A stretch of DNA of 64,000 bases from Octopus vulgaris. Taxonomy: Eukaryota. The notes under the pieces were generated by a model that worked only from the letters and a program-made list of their open reading frames with translations, was not told the origin of the DNA and did not search any database. The stretch lies in the NCBI GenBank assembly GCA_951406725.2, contig OX597823.1:63984001-64048000 (forward strand), read 5' to 3'. Every line of letters begins with the position of its first letter. Positions within the stretch are counted from its first letter, which is position 1. Shown here one piece after another: positions 54,344 through 64,000 of the stretch. A program made the translations under genes and the position numbers.

Positions 54344-54964
54344 GAGAGAGAAGCACACTTATTCTCAAGTGCTAGACAAAAAATTCTTAAAGGCAATAAC
54401 ATAGATATTAATTCATATTTTATTTCATCGTTATTTTATTTCATTCCATCTTAATACTAAAACTCTAGAGATGCTTGTGTGTACCTGAAATATTTCAGAA
54501 ATAGTATATTTTATCTTAATTTTGTTTTGTGTATTTATTTTCATACTTACCTTCGGCAGTGCAGTACAAATTTTTGTGAAATCTGAACCTCTATTTATTA
54601 ATGAGAATGATTAAACACAATTTTTGTTTGTTATTTCTTGACGAAAAAATACATGGCTTCCTTGACGTCATCACACATACAGAATACACACACATATAAT
54701 GAATGTCATAATGTGACAATTGACACAAACACATGTCCACTATCTGTGACATATACACACATAGTCTTCTGGACTTCAAACTCTCTAAGAAAAAACAACA
54801 TTGACTTTTTGACGTACACATTATTCTAATCATTTAGAAATATTTTTAACTGAATGTGATTTCAAAAATGTAAGTTGTTTGTACAGTAAGTATTTATATT
54901 TTAGCTTTCTTTAAACACACAATATCTTAATGTTTTTTTAAAAATTATTTTAAAGTGAATGGCA

Positions 54965-55391
54965 AGTTCGTTAATTTCTGTAAAAATTTTCTTATTTATT
55001 TACTTTTGTTTTAAAGTGAAAGAGAGGAGAAAGTGAAAGATGTATGTACATGCATATGAAATGGAGGTATGCGTGTGAAAGAGAGAGAGAAAGGAAGAGT
55101 GAGAGAGAAAATGAGCGAGAGAGTGAGTGAAGGGTGTGTTGTCATATATATGTACTTACATCAATACATATGCTTACATCATTTTTCTATGTATGTGTGT
55201 GTGTGAGAGAGAGAGTGAGTGAGTGAACATGTATGTTCTCATGTATGTGTAAGTGGCACTCTCTCACTCTCTCATATACACACATACGCACGTCCATTTC
55301 ATATACACGTTCTTACATCTTTCATTTTCTCCTCTCTTTGACATTAAAACAAAAGTAAATAAATAAAAAAATTTTACATAAATTAACAAGC
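54965..55391. repeat. Diverged ~125-bp inverted repeat
   Basis: 54965-55090 is complementary to ~55262-55391 with scattered mismatches. Confidence 0.7.
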
Positions 55392-55479
55392 GAAACCAGC
55401 TGATCCGGATGACAATTCTGAGAGTCAAAGTGAAAGATTGCCCCAAGGGATTACCATTACAAAAATCTTTTTTTGGACA

Positions 55480-58172
55480 CAGTATACAAATAGAATACAA
55501 AAATGTATAGGTATATTACATACTAAGGAAAGATATAAGTTCCTATATCCAAATGTGTGGAGGGAAACTGTATAGGGAGACATAGATAAAGTGATAGCCC
55601 TATATATAGTGGGTCATGCATTTGTCAGAAGGAAATGTTAAATAAAAAACATACAAAGATAGTATAAGATATAGTAATGTACAGGTGATGTGATGAGTAA
55701 TTACATTCCATATTAAAAGGTAATATATAGATATATTTTTTGAAAAATATCAAACTAAGCAAAAGGTGAGTGAAGAGTTATTTTAGATTAATGAATAGGA
55801 ATTTGGTCATGTGTTTACATGAGAAAACTTTTCATCCCTAGTAGTAACCTAATTTCCATTCATTCTCATTATGTTATGGCTTTCTTCTAAACATAATCTA
55901 CAAATTTTATTATTATTTCTATAAGATAGGATTTTCCAAGAAATGGAGAAATTAATATTGTTTCTTTTGAGGTGCCAAATTCTGTTAGACAGTCCTGTAC
56001 GATTCTCTTTTCGATGGTCCCTAAAAGAAGATTTATGGTTAGAAATTCTTGATTTAATTGAGTTTTGGGTGCAACCTATGTATATGTATCTAGAGGAGTC
56101 CTGAGTTATAATAGTTGCTTGGTATACAACTTCTTTCATTTTACAATTTCTATCTACTTGACAGGCAACAATCATAATTTGAATTTGTGGGTGGTGTAGT
56201 GGTGTTATATCTCTATTTTGTTGGATTAATAGAGTTATGGTTATTAGCAGTATTGTTGTTAATTGTAGGATTATAAGATGTATTATTAATAGTATTATTA
56301 TTGGGGGTACTAGGTACAGTTTTAGTTAGTTTTTTTTTTATTATAGTTTCTTATTGTTAAAAGAAGAAATTATCCTAAAAAGATTTGGAGAAACAGAAAA
56401 TCCAAATCTAATTATTTTATTATTAAATATTTTAGCATATTTAGAGTTTTTGAAGTTTTTATTAATTATCATTCTAATGGCTCTAATAAAATTAGATTTT
56501 AAATGTCTGGCAAAAGGGATTATAATCCAAGTAGTATTATTGTTGTTTGCTATATTAAAAGTTTGGGTCACCTTTTCTAATACAATGTATTGGTTTCTTT
56601 TTCACTATTTTATTCCCATCCTTATTAATTTCAGTGCTATGGTTATGCATGTTACTGAAGTAAATTGGCATGCTTAGATTATTCTTTTTATTTCTGTTTA
56701 TTGGCTTAATGTTCTTATTTTTATCTTTAATTATATAGTTGTGGTGTTTGTTGTCGATATTCCTAGGTTTATTTATATTAGTGTGGTTAGGAAAGCGGTA
56801 ATTGCTAAAATTTATTTTATTCTTTTCCTTAGTAAAATTTCGGTTGTGGTGCTCATATTCGTTGTATTTTTTAGTATGGTTATTGTAGTGATGTTTGTTG
56901 TATTTTTTGCTGATGTTATATTTATGACTCTTAATGAGAGTTTAATTCGTCAGATGACTTTCATTCACTAATATTATCTATGTTGTTTGTTTCATAATTA
57001 TGTCTGATATGATTATAACTAGTGTTGTCATTTTTATTATACTTAATTTCATATTTACATTCTGCCTTCTTAAGTATCAGGTTATAGTAGTCCTTATGTT
57101 TGTTAAATATTTTCTTGTCAGATGATAGTAGATTTATTCTTCTCTTTATGGTAGTGGTCAGGGTTTCTATAATGTTATAGGGGTGGTTGCTGTGCACATT
57201 TATGTATGTAATATTGGTGTTAGGTTTAGTATAAGGTTGGTGGGTATAGAAGTTTTAAAGTTGATGTTGATGCCTAGGAAGTTAACAGAGTTGTTATTAT
57301 TTTCAATGGCAATAGATAGTCCTTGGTTTTTAAAAAAGGTATGTAGTCTTTTTTGTGTAGAGTTCTAGTTTTCTATTAGAGATTCCTAACTAAGAATAGA
57401 ACATCATCCTGGTATAATCCACCTTCTAATTCAGGGAATTCTTTAGATTTGTGCAGTAGGTATATTCTGACTAAGTTGGTTACTTCTGCGGAGTTTTGTG
57501 CGCCCGTGGGTACATCAAAGCAGTCTGGTGTGTCTTTCCTGGTCCAATATTTTCTTTCATGTAATATTACAGTCTTTTGAGCTTCAAGTATAATTTTTAT
57601 TTCTTTCATAGATAATTTAGTTCTGTTCTTGGTGAAGATAAGTGCCTTATTTAGTAAAATATGGTTAATAGATTGATAATAGTTGTTAATGTCCAGTTGA
57701 ATGAATTTACATTTTTTTTATTGTGTAAATTAGTGAACCAGTTAATTACATCTAGTGTTTTTGACCACAGGTGAAATTTTATTTTGAATTTAAGTGATTG
57801 TAGGTATTTGTCTATAATAATTTTGCTGAGTTTTCCTAGGTCAGATGAGCCTTACCTTTAGATCAATGTGAAAGCTAGTTTTGTGGTCTTTTAGGTTAAT
57901 TCTAGGTTTAGATGGTTCATAAACTTCAGTTATGTCGTCAATTCCGTATTCACTCATTATTTCTTTGGCTTCAATATTAATGGATTTAAGAACATCTTTC
58001 TTTATTATATTATATTTTTTTGTAATTTCTTTGTGTAAGAGATTATGGTATAGATCTACATCTATGTTGAATAGATTTCCAGTTTTGTCAGCCTGTACGA
58101 TGATACCTTTCAATTTTCGAAGTTCATTAACTTTATACTTCAAATTATGTAGGTGTTTATTCCTGAGAATAT
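55480..58172 (-). mobile_element. Decayed Penelope-like retroelement, Naiad-type (RT + C-terminal GIY-YIG)
   Basis: ADKTGNL, SDLGKLSK, FIQLDINNYY.SI, FDVPTGAQNSAEVTNLV, GGLYQDD, HSNHP, VVYQA...YIG, CRLCLEE, and CKH in a shifted frame; multiple frameshifts. Confidence 0.88.
55849..56175 (-). pseudogene. GIY-YIG endonuclease domain fragment of the Penelope-like element
   Basis: VVYQATI...YIYIGCT...KSRISNHKSSF...LSNRIWHLK...WKIL...CRLCLEE. Confidence 0.9.
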
Positions 58173-58469
58173 GGATATATATATATATATATACATACAT
58201 ACAGAGAAAGAAAGATAGAGAGTGAGAAGCCATTATGTATGAATTATATTCATATATATATATTTGTATATCTATCTGTCAGCCTATCTATGTATCAACC
58301 TCTCTGACTATCTATCTCTCTCTATATATATATGCATATAAGTATACATACTCACACACACACATATTGGGGTTGATTTGTTCAAATAAAGGTGGTGCTC
58401 CAGCATGACTGCAGTGAAATGACTAAAACAAGTAAAAGAAAGGACAAATATATATATATATTTAAGTAT

Positions 58470-59201
58470 ACATATGTATACATACATATATACATACATA
58501 CAGGTATACATGTACATGCATACATACATACATACATGCATGCATGCATACATACATACATACATACATGCACGCACACATACATACATACATACATACA
58601 TACATACATACATACATACATACATACATACAAGTATACATATGTACATACATAGATACATTCATTCATACATGCATGCGTACATACATACATACATACA
58701 TACATAAATACATACATACATACATACATACAAGTATACATATGTACATACATGGATACATTCATTCATACATGCATGCGTACATACATACATACATACA
58801 TACATACATACATACATACATACATACACGTATACATATGTACATACATAGATACATTCATTCATACATGCATGCGTACATACATACATACATACATACA
58901 TACATACATAAATACATACATACATACATACATACAAGTATACATATGTACATACATAGATACATTCATTCATACATGCATGCGTATATACATACATACA
59001 TACATACATACATACATACATACATAAATACATACATACATACATACATACATACATACATACAAGTATACATATGTACATACATAGATACATTCATTCA
59101 TACATGCATGCGTACATACATACATACATACATACATAAATACATACATACATACAAGTATACATATGTACATACATAGATACATTCATTCATACATGCG
59201 T

Positions 59202-59250
<49 letters not shown>
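58470..59250. repeat. Higher-order minisatellite built on (TACA)n with recurring AAGTATACATATGTACATACATAGATACATTCATTCATACATGCATGCG block
   Basis: Six copies of the block spaced roughly 95-125 bp apart. Confidence 0.85.
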
Positions 59251-60037
59251 ACATATCAAATAGCTTTGAGATACAAATATAGGTTGAGAGAAAGAGGTGG
59301 AATATGTAATATTATAATGCAGGAATAAAAATAACGAAAAGTAAATGAAACAATATATTCAAAACAATTTAAAGTATTAAAAGGTAAAAAAAATACAGGT
59401 AAAAATAAATGCATAATGGAAATTATAATTAAGAAAATATATTGACAAAATATAAGCATAGTTAAAATTTATATTTGATGTACATTTAAGGAATTTGGGA
59501 TGTATGAAGGTGAATAAAACTACAGTAGCCAAGAAATAATTATAAAGTAAATATAAATATTAAATTATATATCTTTTTTTTCTTTTGCTGATGAATGATA
59601 CATATGAATTTATTTATCAAAGAATATTTGAAATATTTGCAGTTCAAATCCTCTCAAAAAGAATAATGGTCATGTTGAAATTCTGAAATTTGCTTTGGCT
59701 TCTTATTCAAGTAGTTAAAAAATCCTTTTGTCAGAATATGAAATTTCTCTGTTAAGTAGTGTTGACATATGTTTGATCCATTATAGTGGAAAATGATATT
59801 TTGAGATGCGTTTAGACAATGTTGAATTTCTGTTTTCTATCTGTGAAAAGGTTAAAAGAGGTTGCATGTGTGTGTGTGTGTACACACGTATATACATGTG
59901 AACCAACAGTGTAATGGAGAAACTTTGTAACAGGCTTTAATATAAATAAACTACTACATCTTACTTCAAGATTAAGTATTTTTCTCTTATTTCTTAAAAC
60001 CAAAGCACAAACACATACACAAAGATACATATACAGC

Positions 60038-60088
<51 letters not shown>

Positions 60089-60092
<4 letters not shown>

Positions 60093-60612
60093 TCGCCATA
60101 CTAATATGGCAGTCTTATAAATATAAGACTAAAGCTGTTGCTGATTAGCTCCATGAGGCCACCGCCTCTAGCTAGCTATTTGACACACAACCTGCATCCA
60201 TTATAAACCTTCGAACAGGGGAGGTCAGCCACTTCATCCTGCCAGTCAGACAGCTGCAGACATGTTTCAGGATATTTGCCCTTTATCAATGCAGTGTAGT
60301 CAGACCCAGCAGGTGTCGCTACTGACTGTCCCTGTTCGAAGAATCTATTTACCTAGTTTCAGTGGAATACATCCACTTGTTTTCAATAATAGAAATATAA
60401 AAATTACTAAGTCTCTCTAAAGGAGATTACGGCAGCGTTACTGGAAATTAATAGTTATCACCATACTAATATGGCAGTCTTATATTTATATTTGTGTACC
60501 ATTTCTCTGTTTTATCCGTCCTAGTATTTATATATTAGTATGGCAATAACTATTAATTTCCAGTAATGCTGCCGTAATCTCCTTTAGAGAGACTTAATAA
60601 TTTTAATATTTC

Positions 60613-60618
<6 letters not shown>
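60089..60618. mobile_element. Retrozyme-like element, locus 2 (one 365-nt monomer, start of the next, and an inverted piece), in (TA)n
   Basis: GTTATCRCCATACTAATATGGCAGTCTTATA at 60089 and again at 60454; 60533-60618 inverted. Confidence 0.8.
60253..60295 (-). ncRNA. Minimal type-I hammerhead ribozyme, U3-A8 core variant
   Basis: CTGCA-TTGATAA-AGGG CAAATA TCCT-GAAA-CATG-TC-TGCAG. Confidence 0.8.
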
Positions 60619-60649
<31 letters not shown>

Positions 60650-61347
60650 AATACAAAAATTTGGACAAGAACACAACAGGTGACAGTAAGACATCCAGAC
60701 AGATGATACAAAAAGGGACAAGAAAATACAAGGACAGGTCATTTGGAGTTTTCTTACATCAGTCGAGTTCCAGATTATCTTTGCAGTTTCAGCTGATTAT
60801 ACTCAAGACTGCTCCAATCTGGCCTGCCCCAAGGAAAATCTAGGCTAAGAGCACTAGATATCTTGGAAGAAAGCAGCGACTGTATATAAAAACTAGGATG
60901 GAAAAAACAGAGAAATGGTACACAAATACAAATGCAAACAACAGGACATTAACGACAAGTGTCGTTCAACTAAGGATGAATTAAATTAAGCTGGTATGTG
61001 TGGAAAGTGAAGCCTTATGGCAGGGATACAAGAGATGACAAGCATGGAAGAAATATAGATGTTGCACGGATAGTAGTCGAACCAAGAAAGAAAGGTCAGG
61101 CTTCGCCGAACACTGGTCACATGGAAGGAGAGGAGAGAGGTAAAGGCAGAGGGATAGAAGAATTAGAGAGGGACAAGAAAAAAGCAAAGACACAGAATGA
61201 AGTGAAGGGGAGATGAGGGTGAGAATGAAGGGAAGGCCAGGAAATGTGAGAGAGGGGAGCGAAGAAAGAAGAGTGGAAAGAACAAAATGAGTGTGAAGGG
61301 GCTGAAAGAATGGAAGAATGAAAGAATAAGAGAGTCATACAAAATTT

Positions 61348-61378
<31 letters not shown>

Positions 61379-61770
61379 TTGTGTGTGTGTGTGTGTACAT
61401 ACATATAAGAGACCAAAGTGTGCGTACACAACTATATGTATATAAAAAAGAATGCAAAAAATGGGACAAGAACTCAACAGGTGACAATATATATGTATCT
61501 CTCTATACATACATACATACATATATATGTATATATATATAATAGAAATATTAAAATTACTAAGTCTCTCTAAAAGAGAACAACGGCAGCGTTCCCGGAA
61601 AATATTAGTTATCGCCATACTAATATGGCATTCTTATAAAAATAAGAATAAAGCTTACCGCTTATTAGCTCCATGAGGCCATCGCCTTAAGTTAGCTATT
61701 TGATACACAAACTGTATCCATATAACCTTTTAACAAGGGAGGTCAGTCACTCCACACTACTTGGCTGGCA

Positions 61771-61812
61771 GCTACAGACGCGTTTCGGGGTATTGCCCCT
61801 TTTCAATGCAGC
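61771..61812 (-). ncRNA. Minimal type-I hammerhead ribozyme, U3-A8 core variant
   Basis: GCTGCA-TTGAAAA-GGGG CAATA CCCC-GAAA-CGCG-TC-TGTAGC. Confidence 0.85.
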
Positions 61813-61871
61813 GTAGCCAAACCAGTAGGTGTCGCTTCCGACAATCTCTGTTCAAAGGTTTTATTTACCTA

Positions 61872-61913
61872 GCTGCATTGAAAAGGGGCAATACCCCGAA
61901 ACGCGTCTGTAGC
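61872..61913 (+). ncRNA. Minimal type-I hammerhead ribozyme, U3-A8 core variant (predicted cleavage after 61907)
   Basis: Same motif read directly on the plus strand. Confidence 0.85.
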
Positions 61914-62075
61914 TGCCAGCCAAGTAGTGTGGAGCGACTGACCTCCCTTGTTCAAAGGTTATATGGATACAGTTTGTGTATCAAATAGCTAACTTAAGGC
62001 GATGGCCTCATGGAGCTAATAAGCGGTAAGCTTTATTCTTATTTTTATAAGAATGCCATATTAGTATGGCGATAA

Positions 62076-62139
<64 letters not shown>

Positions 62140-62246
62140 CATATATGTATATATACGTATGCATATATAAACTCCACATGCATACCAACATACACACATA
62201 GATACATTCCTATGTATGTACATACGAATGTACGTATGTATGTGTG

Positions 62247-62277
<31 letters not shown>

Positions 62278-62754
62278 ATATGAAGGTATATGCATTCTCA
62301 AATGCATGTGCAGTATATACAGATATATTCATTTATCTAGTTTACATTCATTTTTTTTCTTATGTTCGTCTATGTTGCCATCATGAAAAAGTTAAGGTAT
62401 TAAAAACGTTAATACATATATCTAAACTCAAATACAAAATGTAGATTCTAATTAAAAAAATGAATTAATAAATTATGAAAAAAAAAATTATCCAAAATTA
62501 AAATTAAATCTAAACTGAAGGAATTTGGGAAGTAAAAGGGAGAGGTTCAGGGGCCAGCAACACTATAGAAGGAATGAAATGATTTTAGAGACCCTTTTGT
62601 GCTACCAGTTTTTACTTCTTTTTGAACTAAGGAATGCAATGCTTTTTTTATTCTGCTGGTCTTTGAAAGCAAGAGACTACAGGGTGCATTGTTTATAATG
62701 TTCATAGTGTTCGTATCTTATTGTTTTTGCTCAGACATATTTTCTTACAAGAAT

Positions 62755-62764
62755 GCTGTGTCTG

Positions 62765-62824
<60 letters not shown>

Positions 62825-62894
62825 AATATACATGTGTGTGCGAATGTGTGTGTATTTGTACCTAACTGTCTGTCTGCTTGTCTGCTTGTTTGTT

Positions 62895-62965
<71 letters not shown>

Positions 62966-63182
62966 TTGTATGTATGTTTATGTGTACTGTTTGCCTGTCT
63001 GTCTTTCTATCTGTCTATCTGTACATGCTATATGTATAACGGGAAGCTTTATGAAAATAAACAAAAGACGAAGGCAGGTGGAATACAAACAAACAATTGT
63101 ATTAGTATATGTATATGTCTGTCTGTCTATCTGTACATGATATACACACACACACACACATATATATACATAAATATATATA

Positions 63183-63273
<91 letters not shown>

Positions 63274-63437
63274 GTCTGTCTGTCTATATATGTGTTTATG
63301 TCTGTCAGTTTATCTATCTACCTATCTGTAAATATATGTATGTGTGAGTGTATATGTCTGTGTCTATGTGTATCTATCTCTCCATCCATCCATCCATCCA
63401 TCCATCTATCTATCTATCTATCTATCTATCTATATAT

Positions 63438-63474
<37 letters not shown>

Positions 63475-63480
63475 AATCAA
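62755..63480. repeat. (TATC)n/(TGTC)n microsatellite blocks
   Basis: Direct inspection. Confidence 0.95.
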
Positions 63481-63857
63481 CTTACCTGTCTGCCTTGTTT
63501 TTGTACCTCAGCATCTCCCTATTTGCTTGTTTCTTTGTTTGACTCTGTCTAGTTCCTTGTCTCTCTCTCTCCATGTCTTTCTGTGTCTGTGTAACTGTCT
63601 GTGTGTTTAACTCTCTTACTCAAGTTCTGTCTGTCTATCAAAAATCTGCTTGTTTTCTTTTGTATTTTGTAAGTATTTGATTTCCTGTTTTACGAAAATC
63701 AGATTATTCTTACGATTCATTTCAAATTGTGAAGTTTGGTGTGGCATGAACGTCTCCTCTGACGTTCGCTAAGTAAGTTGGTCATAATTCATAATTCATA
63801 CAACAGAAACAACTGAGACTAGCAATAACAAATCCTTCAAGATATATAGATAGATAG

Positions 63858-63888
<31 letters not shown>

Positions 63889-64000
63889 TGTATGTATGTA
63901 TGTATGTATGTATGTATGTATGTATGTATGTATGTATGTATGTATGTATGTATGTATGTGTGTGTGCATGTATATGTGTGTGTGCATGTCAGTATGTATG

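Larger units (their letters stand above)
61540..62082. mobile_element. Retrozyme-like element, locus 3 (211-bp inverted arms), in (TA)n
   Basis: 61602-61812 pairs with 61872-62082, about two mismatches. Confidence 0.8.

Noticed and set aside
54543-54553. ATACTTACCT resembling the U1 snRNA 5' end
   Set aside because: No U1 body follows; better read as a minus-strand splice donor.
60735-61030. Hammerhead-like fragments (CTGATGTAAG..., GCTGAAACTGC) in the neighbouring repeat
   Set aside because: Core and helices could not be completed convincingly.

Overview
AT-rich, microsatellite-saturated animal genomic DNA, almost entirely repeats. The SINE families and repeat landscape suggest an octopus/coleoid cephalopod (inference from recalled repeat families, not a database result). 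No complete protein-coding gene is visible; most ORFs in the track are translations of microsatellites or SINEs. The only host-gene candidate is a possible terminal exon on the minus strand (7197-7027). Mobile DNA includes several SINE/non-autonomous retroposon families, two full-length decayed mariners plus two deleted ones, two R4/Dong-type LINE fragments, a Tx1/L1 fragment, RTE fragments, two non-autonomous Helitrons, a HINE-like element and two decayed Penelope-like elements (one Naiad-type with GIY-YIG). The most notable signal is about ten minimal type-I hammerhead ribozyme motifs from at least three repeat families. Four of them (10012-10053, 60253-60295, 61771-61812, 61872-61913) have a non-canonical U3-A8 core with compensatory changes. 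They lie in a structured, ORF-less ~365-nt monomer found at three loci in different circular permutations, with one tandem junction and inverted arms. This fits a retrozyme-like circular-RNA retroelement, possibly mobilised by Penelope-like elements.
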